DNA from: Octopus vulgaris
Lineage: Eukaryota
Assembly (NCBI GenBank): GCA_951406725.2
Contig: OX597826.1
Span: forward strand, 45,632,001-45,696,000
Direction: 5' to 3'
DNA length: 64,000 bases
The first letter of the stretch is position 1, and every line of letters begins with the position of its first letter. The translations under genes and the position numbers were made by a program. Below, in pieces: positions 26,841 to 39,410 of this stretch. Under the pieces are notes generated by a model that saw nothing but the letters and a program-made list of their open reading frames with translations, searched no databases and had not been told where the DNA came from.

Positions 26841-27194
26841 TAGGGTGACGTTTTTTTTTTTTATTCTAGGTCATACGGGGGTGATTGCATATTCAGAATC
26901 TCCCATATGTAAATCGTAGGAATTCGAAAATTTTTTTTACTGAAAAATTGCCGGGGAGTGGGGGGGGGGCAAAGAAATTCATTGCATGCCCAACCCCGGA
27001 AGTCGCCGCACACCACTTGATATACACACATGCATATTGGCATGTTCGCTTAGCCAGCGGGGTGGCGTCATTTGAAGTCTAAAACAATGCTAAGTGCATT
27101 GTGAAAAGCGATGTGTAGCAACATCTGATATCCTGGTCGGTCACGTGATCACGTGATATACATGCATATATGTACATATACACATATATATATA

Positions 27195-27229
<35 letters not shown>

Positions 27230-27399
27230 TATTTTAGCCTTTCTACTTCTTTTCTCTCTCATTCTTGTAATCCTAGCCTTTCCCCTTTCCCTTCATCCGT
27301 TTCCACTTGTGTTGCTCTCTCTCCTCCTCTCTCTCTCCTTTTTCTCTCTCTATATATACATCCATACATTTACGTAAATCTACACATTTACAGACATGC

Positions 27400-27826
27400 T
27401 CACATACATACATACATACATACATACATACATACATACATGCATGCATACATACATACATACATACATACATACATACATACATACATACATGCATGCA
27501 TACATACATACATACATACATACATACATACATACATACATGCATACATACATACATACATGCATGCATACATACATACATACATACATACATACATGCA
27601 TACATACATACATGCATACATACATACATACATACATACATGCATGCATACATACATACATACATACATACATACATACATACATACATACATACATACA
27701 TACATGCATACATACATACATACATACATACATACATACATACATACATGCATACATACATACATACATGCATACATACAAACATACATACATACATACA
27801 TACATACATACATACATACATACATA
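27400..27826. repeat. (CATA)n/(CATG) microsatellite
   Basis: Directly visible; its last TA is the mariner target site. Confidence 0.95.
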
Positions 27827-29117
27827 CGAGGGGCGTTCAATAAGTAATGCCTCTGACCCACTTGCAGTTGTTTGAGCTAGCTGAAAGTTTGCATGTGCAA
27901 TTATTTATATCTCTATAGATTAAGTGGAAAATTACAGCTCTGAACTAATTGTGGTTTCTGATTTACAGGTGTTTGAACTGAGTCAAGTGTAAAATGGAGC
28001 CTGTTGAGTGTCGAGCAGTGATCCGGTTTTTGTATTTGAAAGGACGCACACCACGGGAGACTTTTGATGAAATGAAAGTAACTTATGGTGATGATGCCCC
28101 ATCATATGACCTTGTAAAACGCTGGCATCGTGAATTCAAACATGGTCGGAACTTTGTGGAAACAGCTCCCAGATCTGGTCGTCCCCCTTCTGCCATTGAT
28201 GAGGCATCTGTCCGTCAAGTTGAGGCTGCCATTTTGGAAGATCGACGCATAACTATTCGCCAAATAGCCCATGAGGTCAAGATTAGTACCGGGTCTGTGG
28301 AAACTATCATTCATGACCATTTGCATATGCAAAAGGTGTCTGCCAGATGGATTCCCAGGTTGCTCACACCTTTCCAGAAGCAAGAACGCGTCGAGTGCTC
28401 GAGGATGAATTTGGAGATGTGCCAAGAAGATGAGTCAAAATTTTTCAAAAGACTGATTACACAGGATGAAACCTGGGTCCATCACTATGATCCAGAGACC
28501 AAAGCCCAGTCAATGCAGTGGAAGCACCGTGACTCACCTCCTCCAAAGAAGGCAAGGGTGCAACCCTCCGCTGGCAAGGTCATGCTCACAGTCTTCTGGG
28601 ACCAGGACGGAGTAGTGATGACAGATTTCCTGGCAAAGGGTACCACAATTACAGGAGCCTATTATGCTTCACTTTTGAGGAAATTAAGAGAAGCTATCAA
28701 AATCAAGAGGCGGGGCAAGATCAGCAAAGGCATCTCCTCTTGCAGGACAACGCTCCGGTCCACAACTCGCGTGTCGCCAGATCAGAAGCACAGGCGTGCG
28801 GCTATGAACTCCTCCCCCATCCCCCTACTCTCCTGACCTTGCACCCTCTGATTTTCACCTCTTCCCAGCCATGAAGTTGTTTTTGAAAAGAAAGCGTTTC
28901 CCAGATGATGCAGCCTTGATTTCTGAAGTCACGTCGTGGTTGGAGGGCCAAGCTGGGGTCTTCTACAAAAACGGTTTCCATAGCTGCATCAAACGATGGG
29001 AGAAATGCGTAACTCTGAGTGGTTCCTATATATAATAAGACTAATAACTGTGCCAAGTTTCGTTGCTCTACTGCTATGGCAAGTGGGTCAGGGGCATTAC
29101 TTATTGAACGCCCCTCG
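27827..29117 (+). mobile_element. Full-length mariner (DD34D), irritans/Bytmar1-like, 1291 bp
   Basis: 39-bp TIRs CGAGGGGCGTTCAATAAGTAATGCCYCTGACCCACTTGC with 1 mismatch, and TA on both sides (27825-26, 29118-19). Confidence 0.96.
27994..29036 (+). pseudogene. Mariner transposase with a single 1-bp deletion frameshift near 28733
   Basis: HTH region, WIPRLL and ITQDETWVHHY in the first frame. LLQDNAPVH, HPPYSPDLAPSDFHLF and RWEKCV..GSY follow in the shifted frame. Confidence 0.92.
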
Positions 29118-29682
29118 TACATATGCACACACCTAAGTAAGATATAGCTAAGTATATTATAGTTTGAGAAATAACGACGACCGCCTCTTCGCTAGAAAAA
29201 AAAATGAAAAAGAAAAGTTCAACGAAAGAGTTAATGAACAGGTCACGAGTGACTATCAAACTTCTTGATAAACTAGTTGACTACAGATAAGATAAGAGAC
29301 CCTTTAGTGTTGCTAATGCAAAAGCTAGGCAAGACTTCATGTAGATTGTGCCACGATCTTATCAGAACTTCATATCTGTGTTGATAACATTGAAATGATC
29401 CACAAGTGATAAGGACGAAGGAGGGGATCGTCGTTTTAAAAAGCCTTCTTCTATCGACTTGAAGCAATTCCAAATAGATTATCTACTCAAGTAATTATTA
29501 TTATGAATCGGCTGATAACAGGTTGGAACTGAAATAATTATTGACTGTGTAGCACTAACGTATGTTTATAATGCGGCAGTGACGGTTGTAGTGGTGATGG
29601 CGGTATTGGTGGTTGTAGTGGTGGTGCTTGTGGTGGTGGTGGTGGTTGTGGTGGTGGTAGTTGTGGTGGTGGTGGTGGTGGT

Positions 29683-29719
<37 letters not shown>

Positions 29720-29811
29720 GTGGTGGTGGTGGTGGTGGTGGTGGTGGTGGTGGTGGTGGTGGTGGTGATGTTGGTGTTGGTGGTGGTTGAGGCTATACAT
29801 TGCTTAGCGTA

Positions 29812-30030
29812 TGCTCTGTTTTGTTTATGTTTTCTGTACTCTCTTCCCTAATTCTCCGCAAGAAATCTCTTTTTGCGGGCACCGCCAATTGGGAAGTACT
29901 ATTTTATCGTTAAAGGTGCGAAACTGAATATCAACAATTGGCCGATAACTGATGAAGAATTACGGACCTTCTGCTTCGTTTTACATTCAGTATACGTTGT
30001 TGTTTGTTTATTTACCCTACAGTTATTTTT
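29812..30030 (+). repeat. Unclassified repeat F (second copy at 30535-30745; a related pyrimidine-rich piece at 27230-27330 and 30190-30280)
   Basis: Shared caccgccaattgg..accgttaaaggtgc..ggccgataactgaygaagaattacggacct. Confidence 0.7.
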
Positions 30031-30088
30031 CATTAAGTAATGGAATGCAGCACACACCGAATTTGTAAGATTTTATATATCCATGTGA

Positions 30089-30143
<55 letters not shown>

Positions 30144-30779
30144 GCCTTCATTCTTTCCCTTTTTCTTTCTCTCATCCTCTCACTTCTATTTTGTCCTTTC
30201 TACATTCTTCTTTTCTCTCTTCCTCTTTTGTATTCCTAGCCTTTCACCTTTCCCTTCATTCCTTTCCCTTTCTTTTCTCTGCCGCTCTCTCTCCCTCTCT
30301 TTTGCTGTCTTCCTCCTCTGTCTGGTACTATCACGTGAACCGTGGCCAGTTTCTCTTTTCCCTCTCTTCTTACACTGGTCCCGTTGCGGACCAGTCGCAA
30401 ATTCTCTGTCCCTCCATTCTCCATCCTTCAAAGCATTTTCTAAGCGTCACCCAATATTCTCGTCTCCTTGGCCCCACGGCCGTATTTTGTTCGACTGGCC
30501 GTCCTTGACAACCGTCCTAAATCACACTCTGTGCCGTTTTGCTTGTTTTGCTGTGTTTTGTTTGCTCTCGCCCCTAATTTCAGCAAGAAAACTTTTTTGT
30601 GTGCACCGCCAATTGGAAAGCACTCAGTCTTACCGTTAAAGGTGCAAATCTGAATATTACCAACTGGCCGATAACTGACGAAGAATTACGGACCTACATT
30701 CAATATACGTTATATAGTTTGTTTATTTACCATGCATTTTTCATTCATTATATATCAATCGATCGATCAATAGATAGAT

Positions 30780-30821
30780 ATGTTTCTTTATTAGCCACAC
30801 AGGGCTGCACACAGACAGAAC

Positions 30822-30822
<1 letters not shown>
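30780..30822 (-). mobile_element. 43-bp 3' end of the Tx1-like LINE, inside (GATA)n
   Basis: Matches 48979-49021 with 1 mismatch and sits in the same microsatellite register. Confidence 0.85.
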
Positions 30823-30877
<55 letters not shown>

Positions 30878-31218
30878 GATAGATAGATAGATAGATAGAT
30901 AGATAGACACTTATACATGTGGTTGAGGCTTGCCTAGATACATGGAGATTCATATATATGTATATATGCGAATGTATGTATACATAAACATATACTTCTA
31001 CATACATGCATATATATTTAAACACACACACGGGTGCGCGCACACACACACTCACACACACTCATTCAAATTATGTGTTAGAAGCAGCTCAATCTTGTAT
31101 TTGTTGATAAACGCCCGATGCTGCAGTATTTCATTCTAGGCTTACAAAGAATAAGTACTGGGGTCGATTTGCTCGACTAAAGGCAGTGCTCCAGCATGGC
31201 CGTTTAGTTAAAAAGGAG

Positions 31219-31359
31219 CCCAGTTCTATATTTAAGAGATGAGGAATTATGTACATTATTTACTTTTGACGGATATTTGTCCTCATCTTGTTTGTTATTA
31301 ATCGAACTCGGAATCTTGGGGTTAGTAGCCCGCGTTCTTAACCATTACGCCATATGCCC
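31219..31359 (-). mobile_element. SINE family G fragment (tRNA-like head)
   Basis: The minus strand reads GGGCATATGGCGTAATGGTTAAGAACGCGGGCTACTAACCCCAAGATTCCGAGTTCGATT (A and B boxes), joined to a non-tRNA tail. Confidence 0.65.
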
Positions 31360-31774
31360 GATGCTGGTGTGTTTACGTCCGCGTAACTTACCGGTTCGGC
31401 AAAAGGGACCAATAAAACAAGTACTAGGCTTACAAAGAATAAGTCCTGGGATCCATTTGCCCGACTAAGGGTGGTGCTCTAGCATGGCCGCAATCAAATG
31501 AAACGAAATCGACCGAGGAGTGGATGAAAACGACAGACACCGGTGTTACACAGTTCCTTGCTGCCTATTAATGTCACGTGCTCGACTCCCTTTCGAAGCG
31601 AAATGGAAATTGTTAACCAGAAGTATATACAAATAGCGAAAAAACCATTTGGGATGTTGTTCAGTTTAGTATTATATTAAGAAAGTAAATAAAAATTAAA
31701 GGGGAGATAACTAGTAAAGGACATACATAAGTCAACATAAATATTGGATATTATTTACTTTAGAATTGATCAGA

Positions 31775-31981
31775 ATGGCACATGGAAGACCAACGGAACC
31801 GTAATCCATTGTTCCTGAAATTGAAATCCTCAAGCGCGAATCAATCTTGGAAATCACCCAATTAGCCGATTTACGAGATAAGATTCTTCAGTGGTTGGCA
31901 CAGCGTCGGCTAATTATGGATTTATACAGGTGCGAAAATTGTAATTCACCATGTTACCTTACAACAGTATTTGTTGTTTAA
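31775..31981 (+). pseudogene. Possible Merlin (IS1016-like) transposase N-terminal remnant
   Basis: MAHGRPTEP*...KILQWLAQRRLIMDLYRCENCNSPCYL resembles the Merlin N-terminal WL..R.L+...CxxC...L pattern. One in-frame stop; no DDE domain is visible. Confidence 0.5.
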
Positions 31982-32039
31982 GAGTAAGTTTTCTTATGTA
32001 TTTCCCCCTTCATTTTTATTTACTTATTTAATTGGGGTG

Positions 32040-32422
32040 GGGAAGCACTCCGTCGGTTACGACGACGAGGGTTCCGGTTGATCCGAATCAACGGAACAGC
32101 CTGCTCGTGAAATTAACGTGTAAGTGGCTGAGCACTCCACAGACACGTGTACCCTTAACGTAGTTCTCGGGGATATTCAGCGTGACACAGAGAGCGACAA
32201 GGCCGGCCCCTTGAAATACAGGTACAATAGAAACAGGAAGTAAGAGTGAGAGAAAGTTGTGGTGAAAGAGTATAGCAGGGATCACCACCATCCCTTGCCG
32301 GAGCCTCGTGGAGCTTTGGGTGTTTTCGCTCAATAAACACTCACAACGCCCGGTCTGGGAATCGAAACCACGATCCTATGACCGCGAGTCCGCTGCCCTA
32401 ACCACTGGGCCATTGCGCCTCC
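32040..32422 (-). mobile_element. SINE family C with tail type 2
   Basis: Same head and body as the 11751 and 43105 copies up to CTTTCTCTCACTCTT, then an unrelated tail (..GTGCTCAGCCACTTACACGTTAATT..GTCGTAACCGACGGAGTG). Confidence 0.85.
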
Positions 32423-33059
32423 ACTTATTTAATACCACTAAACTGAACACGTACCAACAATTTATTGATTTGCAAATGCGTCGTACAAGTAGAATACATT
32501 CAAATTATATATCAGAAACAGTTCAGTGATGTAAACAGTATTAATAATCATGAATTTAATGTATGTGTATTATTAAACACCAGGAGCTGTGGCTTTGAAG
32601 CATGCTGAGTCTTTTAACACGCTACGTCTTCAAGGGGATCTTTCCCAGACGATAAACTGCAGCTCCCCAACCACATGGTACCGGGTTCAGTCCCACTACG
32701 TGGCATCTTGGACAAATGTCTTCTATTATAGCCATGGGCCTACCAAAGCCTTGTGATTAGATTTGGTAGACGGAAACTGAAAGAAGCCCGTTGTAATATA
32801 TATTTACGTTAATGTCTATGTATGTGTCATTGTGTGTGTGTGTTTGTCCCCCACCACCACTTGACACCATCACTTGCTGGTGTGATTACGTCCCCTTAAC
32901 TTAGCGGTTCGGCAAAAGTGATAATATAAGTAGTAGCTTTAAAAAAACCCTAATGCTGATTTTTTTTTTTTTTTTTTGCATGGCCGCAGTCAAATGACTG
33001 AAGCAAGTAGAAGAAACGGTCATCATATGTGTGTGTATGTTTATATATATATCTACATA

Positions 33060-33106
<47 letters not shown>

Positions 33107-33109
33107 ATA

Positions 33110-33145
<36 letters not shown>

Positions 33146-33590
33146 TATATGTATATATGTATGTATGTATGTATGCATATATATATGCGTATGTGTGCAT
33201 ATCAATGTATGCATGTATGTATGTATGCACACTTCTTTTGCAAATGACAAATGTGAAACATGTTCTTTCCTTCAAAGCTACCGTCACTCGGGAATGAGGA
33301 TAGCTTGGTAACATGAACCATGTTTTCGCTAATTGCTTTAGGTGCCTGTATAGCTGCGAACAGACGTAGACACTTTCTCGGATCTCCCAGCGTTTGGCCC
33401 TGCAGAACAACAAGGATGTAACAACTGAAGAGAGAGGGGGGGCAGCCAGATAGACAGTGATAAAGAGAGGCGCTAACGCTCAGCTGGTTCTCATTTTCAA
33501 AACATGTGTTTCTTACATTTCCTGAAAATTCAAGTAATGTTTGAACCATAGTAATGTGGGGCGCCATAAAATTTTTTTTTTTTTTAAATC

Positions 33591-34500
33591 ACCATTGGGA
33601 GTCACTGGTGATTCTCCTGGTATATAAAGTATATAGCGTGGAGTGTTACCGGTGACTGTCATGGTATATTAAGAATATACGGTGAGCTGGCAGAAACGTT
33701 AACACGCCGGGCGAAATGCTCAGCGGTATTTCGTCTGCCGCTACGTTCTGAGTTCAAATTCCGCCGAGGTCGACTTTGCCTTTCATCCTTTCGGGGTCGA
33801 TAAATCAAGTACCAGTTACGCACTGGAGTCGATATAATCGACTTAATACCTATGTCTGTCCTTGTTTGTCCCCTCTGTGTTTAGCCCCTTGTAGATAGTA
33901 AAGAAATATGTATTTCGTCTGAGCTTAAATTCCGCCGAGGTTGACTTTGCCTTTCATCCTTTCGGGGTCGATAAATTAAGTACCAGTTACGCACTGGAGT
34001 CGATATAATCGACTTAATCCGTTTGTCTGTACTTGTTTGTCTCCTCTCTGTTTAGCCCCTTGTGGGTAGTAAAGAAATAGGTATTTCGTCTACCGTTACG
34101 TTTTGAGTTCAAATTCCGCCGAGGTCGACTTTGTCTTTCATCCTTTCGGGGTCGATAAATTAAGTACCAGTTACGCACTGGGGTCGATATAATCGACTTA
34201 ATCCGTCTGTCTGCCCTTGTTTGTCTCCTCTGTGTTTAGCCCCTTGTGGGTAGTAAAGAAATAGGTATTTCGTCTACCGTTACGTTTTGAGTTCAAGTTC
34301 CGCCGAGGTCGACTTTGCCTTTCATCCTTTCGGGGTCAATTAACTAAGTACCAGTTACACACTGAGGTCGATGTAATCGACTTAATCCCTTTGTCTGTCC
34401 TTGCTTGTCCCCTCTATGTTTAGCTTATTGTGGGCAATAAAGAAATAAGAATATACGGTGAGGAGTCACCACCAGTGACTCGCATGGTAAGCGAAATGTT
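33591..34500. mobile_element. Small MITE-like element interrupted by the SINE A array
   Basis: Inverted ends accattgggagtcactggtg (33591-33610) and caccagtgactcgcatggt (34470-34488). Confidence 0.55.
33681..34449 (+). mobile_element. SINE family A: 4-unit array flanked by a 17-bp TSD
   Basis: taagaatatacggtgag occurs at 33670-33686 and 34446-34462. Junctions at ~33909, 34080 and 34264. Confidence 0.9.
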
Positions 34501-36522
34501 GAAGAATTAGTATAAAATCTTGTACCAATTCACGACAATGAAGTTGATCAGATTATTCTGGTATAAAATATTATAACTAAGTTAGAAAGGTAGGCCACAG
34601 AGTAAAGTTCAGTTATATAGTTTCCATCATATTGGTTACACCATGCTGCCAGAGAGCAAAATAAAAACCTAGTTAATAACTTACAGATAAAACCGTAAAC
34701 TAATTATTAAGCTAACAATCGGACAGGCCAACAGAGGCAATGAATAAAATGTTGATGATTATCAATTGTTATTGTTAAAGTTAACTAAAGAGATAAAACA
34801 GAAAACCGCTGTATACAACTGAGTATAATAACAGTAATCTATATAACTCATTGTATTCATAAACACGCGAGTATTTCACACTTATAATAGAAATTCATAT
34901 TTTCATTTAAGCATTGCGATGTGATCTCGCATGTATTTATCAAACTATAAAATGTGTATGTATCCATTTGAAGTGTTTACTTTGGGAAATATGTGTGTAT
35001 GTGTGTATGAATGCATATGCATTTGTATATACGTGTACGGATACGTGTGTGTGTGTGTAAATGCATATGTCTGTAAATTTATACATACATGCATACATAC
35101 ATAAACACACAATATATATATATAAATATATGCATGTATACATATATATGTATATGTATGTATATATATATATGTGTGTGTCTGCCTGTCTGTCTGTCTG
35201 TCTATACATATATATGTATATATATATATTTATATATGTTTGTTTGTTTGCACGTGAGATAAATTCTCATTTTATTTGACACTTAAAAAAATACTTTTCA
35301 CTTTTCTTTAAAATAAAACCAAAATTGAAAATTTAATTCTTGTCAGCCATATTTATACCTGACTGAGTCTGATTCCATTCATATGATGTGGTGAATTAAT
35401 TACCAATAAAATGAAGAGTTATCAAGTTATTTCTTGGCATTCTGGACACAGCTGGCACCAAACAGCTATTCTTCAAGCAAGAAATTAGTAGTTCGGTTTC
35501 TGGAACATCAATTGCTAAACACTGGAAGCAAACGATATACCATTTTTTTTTTCTCCTCCTGCCAAAATCGTAAGTATTTCAACCCCGAAGACACTTGATA
35601 ATATGCTGGGTGGGTCTTTCTTGATCACATGTACTAAATAAATGGGATACACTCACTCCTTTTTTTCAGATACAGGGAGCGGTTTAATTAGTTTCAAACT
35701 GTGAACTCCTTGCGAGAAAATAGCGGGAAGTGTTCCAACTGTTTCCCTCCAGCTGCTAATGAGGAAAGTGAATTCATTCTCGGTACGAAAAAGCTAATTA
35801 CATTATGGTTTGGTCGAATTAAATTCCAATTAATCATTCTTATCGTCAAGTCTAAACCATGTACTCATCGAGAGTTTGAACAATCTTGACATCCAAGAAT
35901 ATTAAACGACAGCACTTTGTTATATCTGATACAAACCTTCCTTGGTTTGATTTAGGTTTATCGTGCACCTACTTCACAGTGCCACTCCTACTTCTACCTC
36001 TCATATCTCTTCCAAGTACGTTTCTTCCCAGTTTATAGCCCTTCTCTCTTAGCCAGTAGCTTCAGTAATCAGCTAGCTAAGTCTCAGACGTGTGTTGCCA
36101 TTTTACTTATTCTTTCTACTTCCCTGATTTCTACTTCTTTCTCTCTCACTTTCTAGTTTTTTTATTGCTTGATTTTTGCTTTTCTTTTTCTGTTTGTTTT
36201 CCGCTCAATTTTTAAGATGGCGCATCTAATTATGGGAGGTGACCCGAATAGAAAGAGAGAGAGAGAGGGAGATAAAGAATGAACGAGAGTTATTCCCTTT
36301 GCACTTCGTTGCTAGAAGAGTTTTGATGAACTTTGACACTTGCTACAACAAATCTTCTATAAAAAAAAACATATATGTACTTGATTAAAAGATATTAAAC
36401 CAAGCAAACGCAATGAAAGTGTTAAAAAAATTGTCAGAAACCAAATTTCATTCCGCCAGATGCTTTAAATCAAGTAGATTTTGTCACACACACACACATT
36501 TATATATATATACATTATATTT

Positions 36523-36560
<38 letters not shown>

Positions 36561-36577
36561 ACACACACACAACAAAG

Positions 36578-36665
<88 letters not shown>

Positions 36666-37379
36666 TATATGCGTGTATTTGATTTTTGGTTTGTTCCCAC
36701 TCTCTTTCTCTCTTCACCCATATATATATATATATATATATATATATCTGTATACACACACATACACACACAGGCACGCACACACACACACACTCATACA
36801 TTTACACACAGATACATACATTCCTAATACTTTGCTCTTTATATTGCTTCCACCCATATTTGAAACATTTGTCTTACGTTTCAAACATCACATGTTACAC
36901 TTTTGTTTTTCATTGCTTTAATCGGCTCCATGTTAAGATTACACACAGCTACACGAAACCTATGTTGTGTTTTCGACTCTGAGAGATGTATACCCAAACC
37001 TTTAGAGGAACGTACCTTCTCAAGATTAACAAAATATGCTCGTGTTTCTTCTCCCTTGTTGATATAATATTTTCTTTCATGCAATTCTTTGCTTTTCTTG
37101 CTTAGTATCTCTCTCTCACTCTCTCTCCTTCCCTCCCTCTCTCTTCCCCTCTGTCCCTCTCACTATCCTTCCTTAATTTACTCCTTTGTTCTTTGTTTTA
37201 CTTTCATTGCTATTGTTTTGGTGATTCTTCAAAGTGTTAGGTCATACTGAAGATACTAGTAAACTAGATCGTTCTGTTGTAAGTTCAAACAAATGGATAC
37301 TTTGATATTAGTTCCTGGCAGGAAAAACAACAAACTTGAAAATTAAAAACTTGTTCAAATAATTATTTTGTATATTGTA

Positions 37380-37945
37380 TTGCGTTGTCAGAAAAGTTCG
37401 TGCCGATTTTTAAAGGAAAGGAAAAGGTCAATAAATACTTGCCATTACATTTTTAATCAACCAAATATGAACCATCCTGTTGCACAATGCGTCTCCATCT
37501 TTCCTTTAACTTGAAAACACTCTCTTCCCAGAATTGAGGTGGTTTCATGGCAAATAATTCAACAAGGTATCTTTTTACGTCATCCAAGGAATTGAAATTT
37601 TTACCATTAAGGCTATTCTGCAGAGATCTGAATAAGTGGAAATCTGAAGGAGCAATATCTGGTGAATATGGAAGGTGGGGTAACACATCCCAGCCGAGTT
37701 GCAGCAATTTTTGTCTGGTTCCCAAAGCATCAAGTGCCGAAAATAAACTTTCTTATCTTCCATTTTAAAGGGTTACAGAATTAACACAGGTTATAGGAAC
37801 ATAAACCTTCTTCCACGAAAAGATAGCTTAAACTGTGCTCTAAATTGAGGTGTACTAAAATCCTATTTTATGGACTCAACCATGTTCTAAAATAAGTCGA
37901 AAGGTAAGCTACTATAAATCGGCACGAACTTTCCGGACAACCCAA
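37380..37945 (-). mobile_element. Internally deleted mariner (mellifera-like), 566 bp
   Basis: ~30-bp TIRs TTG(G/C)GTTGTC(C/A)G(G/A)AAAGTTCGTGCCGATTT with TA flanks. The N-terminus MEDKKVYFRHLMLWE is fused out of frame to TRQKLLQLGWDVLPHLPYSPDIAPSDFHLF..ERWRRIVQQDGSY. Confidence 0.92.
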
Positions 37946-38087
37946 TATAATGTTGTTTCATAAAAGTTTAATCTGGTTTAGAAGTTAGTCAGCCATCGAA
38001 TCAAGAAACATGCAGCAGCTTGCTAGAGGTGTCTCCTTTCAACAGACAAATATTAGTCTAGTATATTTGTACATCTTAATCACACAA

Positions 38088-38124
<37 letters not shown>

Positions 38125-38502
38125 CGTGATTATTGCCTCATCTTGTAAGACGATAGCCGTCTCACATTCTGCCTGATTGTTATTATTTACTCCCATCCTT
38201 GCATGAGCTCAGATATGCTGCACACGTTGCCACATATCCATCACCATACGTTTATATTAAATACTAAACGGAATGAAATGATAGTGCGAAATCTGAACGT
38301 CATTGGATTTGAATAACAAAATCTTGTACAACACTTTTGGCACCCTCTCACTAGCTATAGGTGGTTCCAGTGCCAAGCGTTGTAAGATGGCTGGAACTGT
38401 TTTGAATGCCAGAGTATCGTATTCCTTGAAAAGCTGCTTTGCTCACGGTTATGTCAAAAATAACAGGACCCTCCTCTGCATCTGAGAAAACTGTGTAATT
38501 CG

Positions 38503-38652
38503 TAGATGGGACTCTGACAGGTACTACCGTTCCGGATCAGAAAGGAGCTGGGAGTAAAGGTAATTAAGGGGTAATTCCGCGCTTCCCACGACTCCAGGAG
38601 TCTCGAAATGGAGCCTCGCGACCGGATGCAGTTTAATGTCAAATCCAGGACA
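38503..38652 (-). repeat. Probable SINE body fragment of another octopus repeat family
   Basis: Resembles a common octopus repeat I recall (..TTACTCCCAGGTCCACTCTGACCCGGAGTGGTAGTACCTG..). It is single-copy in this window, so this is unverified. Confidence 0.4.
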
Positions 38653-39080
38653 CACACACACACATACAAGCGCAATACGGAGCAAAATGGGCGAATGGTT
38701 AAGAAGTTTGTTCCCCAGCCACAAAATCCTAGATTCAATCTCACAGCGCGGCAGTATAAGTGAATGTCATTTGCATAGCTTCAAATTGAATCATAGCTTG
38801 TGACTGAAATTGGATTGACAGAAACTGCAGAGAAGCATTCGAACAGTTTGCATCTGTAAGTCAAAAGATAGCCTTCCCCACTCTCTAACACACTGGTTCT
38901 ATTTGAGAATTACTTATATAATTCAAATATAAGACAAATGTTTCAAATATGGGTGGAAGCAATATAAAGAGCAAAGTATTAGGTATGTGTGTGTGTGTGT
39001 ATGTGTATGTGTGTGTGCGTGCATGCCTGTGTGTGTATGTGTGTGTGTGTATTCAGATATATATTACTGTATGTGAAATC

Positions 39081-39410
39081 GTATGGCTCAGTGGCTAAAG
39101 CGTCAGGCTCACAATCATGAGGTAGTAAGTTCGATTCCCGAGCAAGGTTGTATGTTGTGTTCTTGAGCAAGACACTTTGTTCACGTTACTCCAGTTCACT
39201 CAGCTGTAGAAATGAGTTGCGACGTCACTGATTTCAAGCTGTATCGGCCTTTGCCTTTCCCTTGGATAACATTGGTCACGTGGAGAGGGGAGGCTGGTAT
39301 ACATGGACGACTGTTAGTCTTCCATAAACAACCTTGCCCGAATTTGTGCCTTGGAAGGGAACTCTCTAGGTGCAATCCCATGGTCATTCATGAGCGAAGG
39401 GGATCTTTAC
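39081..39410 (+). mobile_element. SINE family D: CORE-SINE (OR2-like)
   Basis: tRNA head TGGCTCAGTGG..GTTCGATTCC. Positions 39157-39215, gtgttcttgagcaagacactt..cagttcactcagctgtagaaatgag, align to the MIR CORE GTGACCTTGGGCAAGTCACTT..CAGTTTCCTCATCTGTAAAATGGG. Confidence 0.75.

Noticed and set aside
29920-29965. Hammerhead (GAAA ... CTGATGA) in repeat F
   Set aside because: No stem I or II pairing, and the second copy lacks GAAA.
33228-33400. Possible minus-strand exon or Tx1 zinc-finger remnant ([19 protein letters not shown]...) after an acceptor-like ttgttctgcag
   Set aside because: Two frames are open but neither gives a protein I recognise and the key Cys/His residues are missing; it needs BLASTx or RNA-seq.
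38320-38460. Tc1/maT-like terminal fragment
   Set aside because: Only a vague TIR resemblance, with no partner TIR or transposase motif.
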